Assembly (NCBI GenBank): GCA_041661265.1
Contig: JBAZUT010000003.1
Location: forward strand, 143,191-207,190
Source of the DNA: Minisyncoccota bacterium
Lineage (GTDB): Bacteria > Patescibacteriota > Minisyncoccia > JAHIHE01 > JAGLIN01
Reading direction: 5' to 3'
DNA length: 64,000 nt
Shown here piece after piece: positions 1 through 10,055 of the stretch; position 1 is the first letter of the stretch, and each line of letters opens with the position of its first letter. The notes below the pieces were generated by a model, which was given only the letters and a program-made list of their open reading frames with translations, was not told where the DNA came from and ran no database searches. The translations under genes were made by a program, and so were the position numbers.

Positions 1-141
1 TCCGTAAATTTGTTCTTTACTCCGATCGAATTCGTTATAACCATCCTAAGTTTTTCGACAATAGTCGGATTCATGACCGGACTCTATCCCGCAAGACGCG
101 CCTCAAGGCTCAATCCACTGGACGCATTACGATATAAATAA
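1..141 (+). CDS. C-terminal fragment of a MacB/FtsX-type ABC transporter permease (gene starts before the window)
   Basis: Frame 1 is open from base 1 and reads ...IVGFMTGLYPARRASRLNPLDALRYK*, the typical FtsX-permease C-terminal signature. Not in the ORF track. Confidence 0.85.
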   Translation, partial: SVNLFFTPIEFVITILSFSTIVGFMTGLYPARRASRLNPLDALRYK

Positions 142-165
142 ATTATCGTTATAAAACAAAAACAA

Positions 166-567
166 ATGAAAAATTCACCAAAAGTAGCGTTAATCGAAGA
201 TGACATCGATCTCTTGGAAATGTTCAAGTTGAAATTAAAGCTGGAAGGCTTTAACACCGTAACGGCAGAGGACGGCGTTGCGGCCATCAAACTCATCCAA
301 GATGAGATACCGGATGTTATCCTGCTCGACATGCTGCTTCCACTGAAAGACGGATTTGAGGTCCTAAGAACAATCAAGGGATCCGGCGACCGAAAGATCA
401 GATCGATACCCATCATCGTAATAACAAACTTATCAAGCGACGAAGATATCTATGAGGCAAAAAAACTGGGAGCGTCGGAATATCTAGTAAAAGTGGACAT
501 AACTCCCGCTGACGTCATATCGAAAATAACAGATATGCTATACAAAAAAAGTAATAAAAAACGATAG
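166..567 (+). CDS. Single-domain response regulator (CheY-like receiver)
   Basis: IEDD, phosphoacceptor LLDMLLP, DGFEVL, ITNL and YLVK motifs; no output domain. Confidence 0.92.
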   Translation: MKNSPKVALIEDDIDLLEMFKLKLKLEGFNTVTAEDGVAAIKLIQDEIPDVILLDMLLPLKDGFEVLRTIKGSGDRKIRSIPIIVITNLSSDEDIYEAKKLGASEYLVKVDITPADVISKITDMLYKKSNKKR

Positions 568-613
568 TACATAAATTATCTGAACATTTAATTTATTATA
601 ATAAAACAAAAAT

Positions 614-1249
614 ATGAAAAAATTTAAAAAAGAAGCGTATATCGAGCAATACGAAAAAAACTTGGCGATCTTCGGGCTGTTCGTCTTCATCGTATTTGGT
701 GTGATCTTCATGACCTTTCTCTTGCCAAGCATATACAATATCAAGAACAACCCGAATACAGCGCCTGATAACAACGCATCCGTATCGACATATAATACGA
801 AGCAGAACCTGAACAGCTATAAGTCCGGTTTAGCATCCGCTAAAAACACAAACTACTCTGAGGCTTTGAGCTTCTTCGAAAGCGCCGTTGAAAAAGAGCC
901 GAATAACATAGAATATCTCACGGAGCTTGCGATGACGCATTATCGCTTAAAAAATTATGATAAGTCAACGGAGATCTACAACAGAATAATAAGCCTTGAA
1001 AAAAATAATGTTTTTGCGTATAATAGTATTGGGAACAATTATTGGATCAAAAAGGATTTCACAAACGCGGAAACATCTTTCAGAAAAGCAATACAGATAG
1101 ATCCATATTCGATCCCAAGTTACAGCAATCTTGCGTTAATGCTGGACGAGCTTGGAAGAAAACAGGAAGCGATAAATGTCTTGAGCCAGGGGCTGGCGGC
1201 CAATGAGAACAACTCAGAACTGAAAATATTACTCAGGATCCTGCAATAA
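614..1249 (+). CDS. Membrane-anchored TPR-repeat protein
   Basis: N-terminal TM helix followed by about four TPR-like repeats (e.g. AYNSIGNNYW...AETSFRKAIQIDP). Confidence 0.85.
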   Translation: MKKFKKEAYIEQYEKNLAIFGLFVFIVFGVIFMTFLLPSIYNIKNNPNTAPDNNASVSTYNTKQNLNSYKSGLASAKNTNYSEALSFFESAVEKEPNNIEYLTELAMTHYRLKNYDKSTEIYNRIISLEKNNVFAYNSIGNNYWIKKDFTNAETSFRKAIQIDPYSIPSYSNLALMLDELGRKQEAINVLSQGLAANENNSELKILLRILQ

Positions 1250-1393
1250 CGAATGCAGGCGATTCGCGTGATTAGCGGATAGTCAGAAATACAGCATTCG
1301 TTTCACATGAACGGCCGGCTTGGTCTATAATATTCAATGTTTAAAATTCAAACCAAGAAATAATCACTTTTTTCCGTAATTATCAATACAAAA

Positions 1394-3199
1394 ATGACAA
1401 TTCAAAAAAAACAAATAAAGGCGGATATGCTTTTCGAGATGTCGTGGGAAGTATGCAATAAAGTTGGAGGCATCTTTACGGTTTTGAGCTCCAAGGCGAG
1501 GCACATGAAAGAATACTATGATGATAATTACTTCTTGGTCGGTCCATATATCGCAGAATCTACAAGATCATCCTTCAAGGAAGAGTCTGTACCCGAAATA
1601 TACAAAGACAGCTACAACCAATTAAAGGAAAAGGGGATCATCATCCACTTCGGAACTTGGCTTGTAGAAAGCGAACCTCAAGTTATTCTGGTTGACTACA
1701 GAAACTACTGGTCTGCAGTAAATGAGATCAAAAAAGATATATGGGACAACTACGGTCTTGATTCCTTGAATAGTCCTTATGACTTCAATGAACCGGTCCT
1801 ATGGAGCTGGGCTGTGGGAATATTAATGGAGAACATCATGAAGGTCCATTCGAAAAAGACCATTGTTTTGCATGCTCATGAATGGCTTTCGGGCGGAGCG
1901 ATCCTATATTTGAAGAAGAACAAGATAAACGTTGCAACTGTCTTTACGACGCATGCGACAACTCTTGGCAGGACCATAGCCGGGCACGGAGGCGATCTTT
2001 ATTCGATTCTCGATAAAATAAACCCGAGAGATGAGTCATATAAATATGGCGTGAACGCCAAACACGACCTTGAAAAAATAACCGCGCACGCTGCGGATGT
2101 GTTTTCGACAGTAAGCCAGATCACCGCGCTGGAATCGAAGTATATATTGGAGAAAGATGCCGACGTGCTGCTTCCAAACGGCCTTGATATGTCGAAATTC
2201 CATAGTTTTGAAGAACTGACATTGAAACATAATGCCTATAGAACAAAGCTCAGAGAGTTTGTCTTATATTATTTCTACCCATATTACAATATAGATCTGA
2301 AAAACAGCTTGTTCTTCTTTACGGCCAGCAGATACGAATTTCACAATAAAGGCCTGGACATATTCATCGAATCGCTGGGAAGGCTGAACGATAAACTGAA
2401 AAAGGACAAGAGTAAAAAAACCGTCATTACATTCTTCTGGATACCGGCGTCCATAAACAGCATCCGGCAAGACCTCATCGAAGCAAGAGAATCTTTCCAG
2501 GATCTGAAAGATCTACTCGAGGAAAATCAGGAAGAGATCAAAGAAAATCTGTTATATACGCTATCTTCACAGAAAGAGATCAATGAAAAAAATATTATAG
2601 GCAGCGATTCATCCCTGGAACTTAAAAGGAAGATAATGCAGCTTAGATCAAAAAGCGGGAGAGCGCCAGTGTCAACTCACGAATTGATCGACCCGGATAA
2701 CGATCCGATAATGAAAGCGTTCAAGCAGGCAGGCCTTCTTAACAGCGAAGAAGACAGGGTCAAGGTTATTTTTTATCCCATCTATTTGAGCGGTGCGGAC
2801 GGACTTAGCGATCTGGACTACTATCAGAGCATTCAAGCCTGCCATCTTGGAGTATTCCCTTCTTATTATGAACCCTGGGGCTACACCCCGCTCGAGACCG
2901 CGGCGCTCGGCGTCGGTTCCCTGACAAGCAACTTATCCGGATTTGGACGGTACTTTTATGAAAAATTACACGACATTGAATTGCCGGGCATATATATTCT
3001 TGATATAGAAAAAACCAAAAGGGAGGAAATGATGAATACATTCGTCGATATCCTGTATAACTACACCAATCTGGACAAAAGAGGCAGGATCGACAACAAG
3101 ATCCAGGCAAGAAAGGTAGCCTTTATGGCAGATTGGAAGATATTTGCGGAAAATTATATCGACGCCCACAATATGGCGGTTTCAAAAATCAATAAATAA
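1394..3199 (+). CDS. Glycogen synthase, GT3 family (eukaryote/Bacteroidota type)
   Basis: FEMSWEVCNKVGGIFTV, HAHEW, FTTHATTLGR, RYEFHNKG and GVFPSYYEPWGYTPLE motifs. Confidence 0.93.
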   Translation: MTIQKKQIKADMLFEMSWEVCNKVGGIFTVLSSKARHMKEYYDDNYFLVGPYIAESTRSSFKEESVPEIYKDSYNQLKEKGIIIHFGTWLVESEPQVILVDYRNYWSAVNEIKKDIWDNYGLDSLNSPYDFNEPVLWSWAVGILMENIMKVHSKKTIVLHAHEWLSGGAILYLKKNKINVATVFTTHATTLGRTIAGHGGDLYSILDKINPRDESYKYGVNAKHDLEKITAHAADVFSTVSQITALESKYILEKDADVLLPNGLDMSKFHSFEELTLKHNAYRTKLREFVLYYFYPYYNIDLKNSLFFFTASRYEFHNKGLDIFIESLGRLNDKLKKDKSKKTVITFFWIPASINSIRQDLIEARESFQDLKDLLEENQEEIKENLLYTLSSQKEINEKNIIGSDSSLELKRKIMQLRSKSGRAPVSTHELIDPDNDPIMKAFKQAGLLNSEEDRVKVIFYPIYLSGADGLSDLDYYQSIQACHLGVFPSYYEPWGYTPLETAALGVGSLTSNLSGFGRYFYEKLHDIELPGIYILDIEKTKREEMMNTFVDILYNYTNLDKRGRIDNKIQARKVAFMADWKIFAENYIDAHNMAVSKINK

Positions 3200-3213
3200 C
3201 TCACGCACAAAAC

Positions 3214-4155
3214 ATGATCGAGCTTCGAAAGGACTATATACTTGACAGATGGAGCTATATTGCGCTTGATCGGGAAAACAGGCTGAAGCAATTTAAGGAA
3301 AGCGGAGACAGCAAGACGGAGGGCGTTTGCTTCTTTTGCCCGGGAAATGAAAACATGACTCCTCCCGAAATTGGCCGGATCGGTACAGCGGATTCGTGGA
3401 AAATAAGATGGTTTCCAAATAAATTTCCAATTACCGAGAGCAGCGTCCAAAGCAATATCGATTTTGGCAAAAAGTTTTTTACAAAAGGAAACGCATTCGG
3501 ATATCATGAGGTGATCGCGGAGACTGCTGACCACAAAAGACAGCTTTGGGATCTTGATGAATCGGAATTATGCGAACTATTAAAAGTATATGGGTCAAGG
3601 ATCCGTGAATTATCGAAAAAAGATGGAGTTAAATATGTCCAGCTGTTTAAAAATAGCGGAAGCGAAGCGGGAACTTCCATTATACATTCGCATACGCAGA
3701 TAGTAACAACAAGCATGATCCCGGAGTCCGTAGTTGAAAAAATAGCAGCCACAAAAAGATTTGAGTCATGTCCATACTGTGAAATCATAGAGATCGAAAA
3801 GAACAGTGAAAGATTCATATATGAAAACGATGATTTTATTGTTTTTGCGCCATTTGCACCGAGATTCAACTATGAAACATGCATATTTCCGAAGAAACAC
3901 TGCAAGGGAATATCCGATCTGCAAGAAAAAGAATATGCAAATTTGGCTTCCGCATTCAAAAAAATCCTATCAAAACTTGCATTACTGAATGCACCATATA
4001 ATTTCTGCCTGCATCATTCTACGGAAAGCGCAGATCTGCATTTTCACTTTGAAATAATGCCGAGACTGAATAAGTGGGCGGGTTTTGAACTGGCTACTGA
4101 TTCATATGTAATTACAGTGTCACCGGAAAATGCAGCTAAGTTTTTTAAAGAATAA
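3214..4155 (+). CDS. galT: Galactose-1-phosphate uridylyltransferase family (GalT-like nucleotidyltransferase)
   Basis: ELRKD, CFFCPGNE, NKFP, GYHEVIAET, HSHTQ (HxHxQ) and AGFEL motifs. Confidence 0.88.
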   Translation: MIELRKDYILDRWSYIALDRENRLKQFKESGDSKTEGVCFFCPGNENMTPPEIGRIGTADSWKIRWFPNKFPITESSVQSNIDFGKKFFTKGNAFGYHEVIAETADHKRQLWDLDESELCELLKVYGSRIRELSKKDGVKYVQLFKNSGSEAGTSIIHSHTQIVTTSMIPESVVEKIAATKRFESCPYCEIIEIEKNSERFIYENDDFIVFAPFAPRFNYETCIFPKKHCKGISDLQEKEYANLASAFKKILSKLALLNAPYNFCLHHSTESADLHFHFEIMPRLNKWAGFELATDSYVITVSPENAAKFFKE

Positions 4156-4159
4156 TCGC

Positions 4160-5179
4160 ATGATGAAAAAACCGCTTATATCATTATCCGACATACCCGA
4201 TGCGATCATGGGGCTTTGTCTTATATTCGGAATCGGCTCGGTTTTCGGATTGCTCGTCTTTGCGTCATTCGAGATCGAGAGGACTAAGGTTTTGGAGGCA
4301 AGAGAATCGACATCTCTCGAAGGTGAATACTTCGGGAATAAATTCATACTGGTTAAAACTCCATATAAAAATTCAACGATAAGCAATCCCGCTTATGTTT
4401 CAGGAATGGCCAATGTCTATGAGGCTAACGTCAGAATAAGGATCAAGGAAGAGGGCAATGTGCTCGCAGACACCTTTCTGACCGCCGAGGGAACAGCGGA
4501 TGATCTGTATGACTATAATGGCGATATCATGTTCTCGTTTCCCGAAAAGCCCAATGGCTCGATAGAGATATTTGAAGAAAATCCGAAAAACGGAAAGGAC
4601 ACCTATAAAGTCATTATTCCGGTAGTGTTCGAGGATCACTCTGAACTGATCAAATGGAATGTTTTCAGCGACAGCGCAAATGGATATAGCTTTGAGCATT
4701 CATCCGAACTGACGGTAATTACAAACTCCGAAAAAGAAACGGTAATCTCACACAAAACACCATACAGACACGCTAATTTGTGCATTAATGAAAAGAATAG
4801 GGACATAAACCTAGATGATATTACTGATTTTTATATGTCGATCGGTTATATGAATGATAATGCCCTGAATTCGATCCGCGCAAGTGAAGACATTGCGGAT
4901 CTGAAAGACGAAGGTTTGGAAGCTACCGAATTTGGAGGAAAAAAAGCATATTACATCGACAACACTGAAAGCGGATGCGGAACTACTGATTATTTCATGG
5001 AGCTTTCCAAAGACGAAACGATTATCATCAAAAGGCAAACAGTTCCGGAATTTTCAAAAAACATCGGATCATATTCATCGCTGAAAAATTCTATCATACC
5101 CGCGAACGACATGATATCGCCCTCAAAAAATGATTATATATTCGATCATATCGTATCGTCCATTCGAAGTATTAATTAA
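4160..5179 (+). CDS. Membrane-anchored exported protein with a Gmad2-like immunoglobulin domain
   Basis: N-terminal TM helix; VSGMANVYEANVRIRI...IEIFEENPKNG resembles Gmad2. Start placed at ATG 4160, after the galT stop. Confidence 0.6.
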   Translation: MMKKPLISLSDIPDAIMGLCLIFGIGSVFGLLVFASFEIERTKVLEARESTSLEGEYFGNKFILVKTPYKNSTISNPAYVSGMANVYEANVRIRIKEEGNVLADTFLTAEGTADDLYDYNGDIMFSFPEKPNGSIEIFEENPKNGKDTYKVIIPVVFEDHSELIKWNVFSDSANGYSFEHSSELTVITNSEKETVISHKTPYRHANLCINEKNRDINLDDITDFYMSIGYMNDNALNSIRASEDIADLKDEGLEATEFGGKKAYYIDNTESGCGTTDYFMELSKDETIIIKRQTVPEFSKNIGSYSSLKNSIIPANDMISPSKNDYIFDHIVSSIRSIN

Positions 5180-5197
5180 TTTTATACAAACAAATAC

Positions 5198-7030
5198 ATG
5201 CAAATAACGCATGAATACAAAAATACAAAAATAGTCAAAAACACCGATGAAAGCACGGGCCTGATCCTTGGAAATGACATGGGTAATTATTATTATATAG
5301 CCAACCAGGATGAAACAAGATATCAGGGGTTTTTTTATTCCGATTGCAAGAATGTCAGAAATGAATTTATGGTGTATAAGATCATCGATTCGATTAATAT
5401 GATCGATTCCGGGAAATTAACCGAGATCAGAAATGGTTTTTTTGAAGTAAGCCGGAAATATGAGAATGGCATCAGTGAAAAATATTTTTTGCCTAATGGC
5501 CATAATGCACTTTGCATCAAGACAAGCAGAACAAGCAAAGCCGAAATAGTGCTTGATATCAGACATCCCTATGATTCCAGGCTAATGGGAAGATTTTATG
5601 AGATTGAAATCAAAAACGATTGCGCTCTCATAAAATTTACGAAACGCAGGGACCAGAACGAAGACGGACTTGCAGATAAAAAGGAATATTCGCTATATCT
5701 TGCCATTAAAACCGACAAAGAAGAATACAAGAGCATAGGCCAATTCTTTTCAAAATACTATCAAAAAGATCACAAACGCAATTCAACTCCTTGGGACAGG
5801 TTTGTTTACAAAGCCGTTGAAATTGAATTCAGGGAAGCGGTTTTGGCAGTCGGAAGAACCCAGAAGGAAGCCATGGACGAGGTTTTGAGAGTTTACAAGA
5901 ATTTCGACAAATTATATGAAAAACAAGCCGACACTGTGCACAAGAAATTAAAGTTTCCGAAGATAAGCGATGAAGAGATAAAGATGGCATATTTGTGCGC
6001 GCAAAACTCCATTTACACAATGCTTGTTGAGGCTAATATGAAAAAGGGAGCATATGCGGGCCTTCCCTGGTTTTTCCAATTTTGGACCCGAGATGAAGCA
6101 ATATCGCTCTTGGAGATCCATAAATTGAAAGAAGATCTTTCACTTGAGATCATAAACAAGCACATCAGGTCGATCACCGGCGACGGGCAATTGCCAAAAC
6201 AAAGATTCTATGGAGCATCGGAAAATGTGCTGAAAAGCGCAGATTCGCTGGGCTGGCTGATGGATCGAATAAAAAAATTAAATGATGCCAAAAAACTTCC
6301 CGAATACCTTAAACTGGAGATCATAGACACGATCGAGAAGGTCATACCCGACCTGATGCAAAAAAGAACGATCGATGATCTTGCCATCAATTATAACAAC
6401 GAAACCTGGATGGACAGTATCGAAAGATCCGGTCAAAGAATTGAGATACAGGCAGGAAGGCTGAAAATATACAAGACCCTATACGAACTGACTCGGAATG
6501 ATCAATATGAAATACTTGAAAGCGAGTTAAGAAAAAAAGTCCTGAGCAAGTTTTATGAAAATGGCATCCTCCTGGATAGCCCTTCCGATAAAACGGCGAG
6601 GCCGAATGCGTTCATAGCGGCCTATTTATATCCCGAACTGCTGTCAAATGAACAATGGGAAACATGCTTTGATAAACTTCTTGAAAGGTTATATCTTCCG
6701 TGGGGAGGCATCTCCACCGTTGATATAAAAAGCGACATGTTCATCGCCCACGACACGGGAGAGAATAGTTTAAGTTATCACAATGGCAACAGCTGGTATT
6801 GGATAAACAACCTTGTTGCGTTAGTTCTGTATAGGATCAATGCCCATAAATATTCCGAATATATAAACTCGATCATGGAAGCTAACACGAAAGATATCCT
6901 CTATGAAGGCATAGCCGGACATCACAGTGAAGTAAGCAGTGCCGAAAAAAAGACATGCTCCGGATGCAATGCGCAATTATGGAGCAGTGCCATGTATCTC
7001 GAGGTTTTTGACGAAATGCTGAACAGCTGA
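5198..7030 (+). CDS. Amylo-alpha-1,6-glucosidase / glycogen debranching enzyme (GDE_C family)
   Basis: AGLPWFFQFWTRDEAIS, SADS, TWMD, RPN, YHNGNSWYW and QLWS motifs. Confidence 0.85.
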   Translation: MQITHEYKNTKIVKNTDESTGLILGNDMGNYYYIANQDETRYQGFFYSDCKNVRNEFMVYKIIDSINMIDSGKLTEIRNGFFEVSRKYENGISEKYFLPNGHNALCIKTSRTSKAEIVLDIRHPYDSRLMGRFYEIEIKNDCALIKFTKRRDQNEDGLADKKEYSLYLAIKTDKEEYKSIGQFFSKYYQKDHKRNSTPWDRFVYKAVEIEFREAVLAVGRTQKEAMDEVLRVYKNFDKLYEKQADTVHKKLKFPKISDEEIKMAYLCAQNSIYTMLVEANMKKGAYAGLPWFFQFWTRDEAISLLEIHKLKEDLSLEIINKHIRSITGDGQLPKQRFYGASENVLKSADSLGWLMDRIKKLNDAKKLPEYLKLEIIDTIEKVIPDLMQKRTIDDLAINYNNETWMDSIERSGQRIEIQAGRLKIYKTLYELTRNDQYEILESELRKKVLSKFYENGILLDSPSDKTARPNAFIAAYLYPELLSNEQWETCFDKLLERLYLPWGGISTVDIKSDMFIAHDTGENSLSYHNGNSWYWINNLVALVLYRINAHKYSEYINSIMEANTKDILYEGIAGHHSEVSSAEKKTCSGCNAQLWSSAMYLEVFDEMLNS

Positions 7031-7073
7031 TCATGATATGTTGTTTTTGATATTTTATTTTTAACTTTTTGTT

Positions 7074-8261
7074 ATGGTGATGGCGATGAAAAAAAAGCAT
7101 TATTACAAGGCACTAACCGGCGGACAAGCGGTTGCAGTGGCGATGAAGCAGATAAATCCCGACGTGGTTGCGGCATATCCTATCACTCCGCAAACACCTA
7201 TTATCGAAACATTCGCTCAGTTTGTTGCTGATGGAAAAGTGGACACCGAACTCATAGACGTCGAATCCGAACATAGCGCAATGAGCGCCGTTGTCGGCGC
7301 ATCCGCAGCCGGGACAAGGGCCATGACGGCAACTTCTTCCCAGGGACTTGCACTGATGGCTGAAATCGTTTACATTGCTTCCGGATCAAGACTTCCTATC
7401 GTGATGGCTGTTGCAAATCGGGCGCTTTCGGCTCCGATCAATATTCATTGCGATCACACAGATTCCATGTTCCTGCGAGATGCATCATGGATACAGCTAT
7501 ACAGCGAAAATGCCCAGGAGGCATATGACAACACGCTGATCGCAGTCAGACTTTCGGAACATGATGACGTTCAACTGCCGGTTATGGTCATGCAAGACGG
7601 TTTTATTACTTCTCATAGCGTTCAGAATGTCCTTATATTGGATGACGCCAAGGCAAAAAAATTCATCGGACCGTTCAATTCCCATTCGCCCCTGCTTGAT
7701 ATGAAAAAACCCGTTACCATCGGCCCGCTTGACCTGTTTGACTACTTTTTCGAGCACAAATACCAGCAAGCGGAGGCAATGGAAAAAAGCAAAAAAGTAT
7801 TGAAGCAGATAGACAGCGAATATTACAAAATGACAGGAAGAAAGTATGAATTTATAGAAAAATATAAGACGAATGACGCAGACTATATCATAGTCGTATT
7901 GAGTTCAACCGCAGGAACCGCAAAGGTTGTCGTCGACAATCTCCGAAAGGCAAAAAAGAAAGTCGGACTCATCAAGATAAGGTGCATGAGGCCTTTCCCG
8001 AATAACGAGATCGCCAAAGCGCTCTCGGGCGCCAAGGAAGTTGCCGTATTGGACAGGTCTATATCATTTGGAAACTACAGTCCTGTGTTCACAGAGATCA
8101 GATCTTCACTTTACGAAGTTAAGCGCAAACCAAAGCTTTATAACTACATATACGGCCTTGGAGGCAGAAACATAGGACTAAATGATATCGAGAATGTATA
8201 TAATGATTTGATGAAACACAGAAATAATGATAAAATAAAATACATAGGCTTAAGAAAATAA
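7074..8261 (+). CDS. porA: Pyruvate:ferredoxin oxidoreductase alpha subunit
   Basis: AAYPITPQT, VESEHSAMS, TATSSQGL, NRALSAPINIH, DGF and YGLGGR motifs. Confidence 0.93.
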   Translation: MVMAMKKKHYYKALTGGQAVAVAMKQINPDVVAAYPITPQTPIIETFAQFVADGKVDTELIDVESEHSAMSAVVGASAAGTRAMTATSSQGLALMAEIVYIASGSRLPIVMAVANRALSAPINIHCDHTDSMFLRDASWIQLYSENAQEAYDNTLIAVRLSEHDDVQLPVMVMQDGFITSHSVQNVLILDDAKAKKFIGPFNSHSPLLDMKKPVTIGPLDLFDYFFEHKYQQAEAMEKSKKVLKQIDSEYYKMTGRKYEFIEKYKTNDADYIIVVLSSTAGTAKVVVDNLRKAKKKVGLIKIRCMRPFPNNEIAKALSGAKEVAVLDRSISFGNYSPVFTEIRSSLYEVKRKPKLYNYIYGLGGRNIGLNDIENVYNDLMKHRNNDKIKYIGLRK

Positions 8262-8269
8262 CGAAAACG

Positions 8270-9232
8270 ATGTATAAAAGCATAAACGATCTGGTAATAG
8301 ATACAAAATCGCTGCAGATACAGGGAGCATCAAGTGTGGCAAAAATTGTCATTGACATCCTTTCAGGCAATAAAGACAATCTGTTGAAAAAATCCAAGAC
8401 TAAAGATGAATTCATCGAAAGCATCAAAGATGTGGCATCAAGGCTGGCATTGGCCGAACCGACGCAAACAATGGCTCAAAATATCCTCGGATCTCTTATT
8501 GTTGAACTTCAGGACGACAAGATCGTAAGTCTCGAAACCTGTGTTTCAGCTTTTGACAAAACACTCAGTGATATTGAGAAAAAGATCATCGAGAACGAAA
8601 AAAGATTCATCGAAAACGGAGTTGCGCTTATAAAAAGTCTCTCCAAAAAAAGCCGCACCGCGAACATTCTGACACACTGCCATTCATCGGGCGTCAGGAA
8701 TGTGCTTAAGGCTGCCAATGACGCCGAAGTTCCCTTTAAGGTCTTCAATACCGAGACGAGGCCGGTTTTCCTCGGCAGAGCGACTGCAAAAAAAATGGTT
8801 GACGAAAATATGGATGTCACAATGATAATCGATAGCGCAGCGCCTTTCGTTATAAGCGGAAAAGCCGGAGATAAATTCAAAACCGATGCAGTTCTCCTGG
8901 GTTGCGACACCATGACGATAAACGGCGACGCAGTGAATAAGATAGGAAGTTATGGCATTTCTCTTTCGGCGTATTTTAATAAAGTTCCTCTGTATATCGT
9001 CACAAGCTTGCTTAAGGCGCGAAAGGGTGTTTATAATATACTGGACATTCCGATGGAGATCAGGCCGTGCAGCGAAGTATGGGATGATGCACCCGCCGGA
9101 CTCAATATAATAAATTTAGGGTTCGATGTCATACCCAGTGAATTTATTACCGGCTACATTACGGAATTCGGCATAATAAAGCCCGGTGACATAAAGAACA
9201 CCATTTCAAGAAATTATCCGAGACTATTGTAA
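8270..9232 (+). CDS. eIF-2B alpha/beta/delta family, ribose-1,5-bisphosphate isomerase-like
   Basis: IQGA, LTHCHSS, ETRP, GCD, NKIGSY and FDVIP...ITEFG motifs; the catalytic Cys and Asp positions of R15P isomerase appear retained. Confidence 0.8.
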   Translation: MYKSINDLVIDTKSLQIQGASSVAKIVIDILSGNKDNLLKKSKTKDEFIESIKDVASRLALAEPTQTMAQNILGSLIVELQDDKIVSLETCVSAFDKTLSDIEKKIIENEKRFIENGVALIKSLSKKSRTANILTHCHSSGVRNVLKAANDAEVPFKVFNTETRPVFLGRATAKKMVDENMDVTMIIDSAAPFVISGKAGDKFKTDAVLLGCDTMTINGDAVNKIGSYGISLSAYFNKVPLYIVTSLLKARKGVYNILDIPMEIRPCSEVWDDAPAGLNIINLGFDVIPSEFITGYITEFGIIKPGDIKNTISRNYPRLL

Positions 9233-9254
9233 ATACCGATTAAGACATTATCTC

Positions 9255-9279
9255 AATAGTCCTTTTCGGGACTATTTTT
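9255..9279 (+). terminator. Intrinsic terminator
   Basis: AATAGTCC-ttttcg-GGACTATT hairpin followed by a T-run. Confidence 0.7.
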
Positions 9280-9297
9280 AGAACTATAAAAAGACCT

Positions 9298-9981
9298 ATG
9301 CGAAACAACATTTTCATATTGTCGCTCGGAGGATCATTGATAGTGCCCGGTGAGGTAGATCATGAGTTCCTAAAGGCATTTGTCGCGCTGATCCGCAAAA
9401 AAACGCAAACGGGAAATAGGTTTATTATTGTCTGCGGAGGAGGGGGAGTCAACAAGCTCTATAACCAGGCAGCAACCAAAACAAGAGCAATGACCAACGA
9501 CGAACTGGATTGGATCGGTATTTATGCGACCCGATACAACGCGGAATTCATCAGAATTCTTTTTTCGGACCTGGCCTATGGAAAAGTTGCCGCCAACCCT
9601 CACAAAAAATTCAAAACAAAAAAACCGGTGATCATCGGCGCGGGATATATGCCCGGATGGTCAAGCGATTATGATGCAGTATATCTGGCCAAAACATACG
9701 GCGCAAAAACAGTCGTAAACCTATCCAACATAGATTATGCATATGACAAAGACCCGAAAACATTCCCTGATGCGAAAATAATCGAAAACATAAGCTGGAC
9801 CGATTTCAGAAAAATCGTGGGAAATGAGTGGAAACCGAGAATGAACACGCCCTTCGACCCGATCGCAAGCAAAGAAGCGCAAAAGTTAAAACTTAAAGTG
9901 ATCGTGATGAACGGAAAGAATATCTCAAATCTCGAAAATCTAATTGACGGAAAAGATTTCAAAGGCACTATTGTCTCATAA
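9298..9981 (+). CDS. pyrH: UMP kinase, archaeal type
   Basis: LSLGGSLI, VCGGG, DWIGIYATRYNA, PGWSSDYDA, YDKDP and PFDPIA motifs. Confidence 0.92.
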   Translation: MRNNIFILSLGGSLIVPGEVDHEFLKAFVALIRKKTQTGNRFIIVCGGGGVNKLYNQAATKTRAMTNDELDWIGIYATRYNAEFIRILFSDLAYGKVAANPHKKFKTKKPVIIGAGYMPGWSSDYDAVYLAKTYGAKTVVNLSNIDYAYDKDPKTFPDAKIIENISWTDFRKIVGNEWKPRMNTPFDPIASKEAQKLKLKVIVMNGKNISNLENLIDGKDFKGTIVS

Positions 9982-10055
9982 TTGTTGGTTTTTGCCCTGC
10001 ATTGAACTATTCTGAACATATAATATAACGCGCATCCTAGTAAAAATTATCGCAT

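Noticed and set aside
1299-1314. Possible parS site CGTTTCACATGAACGG
   Set aside because: About five mismatches to the 16-bp parS palindrome.
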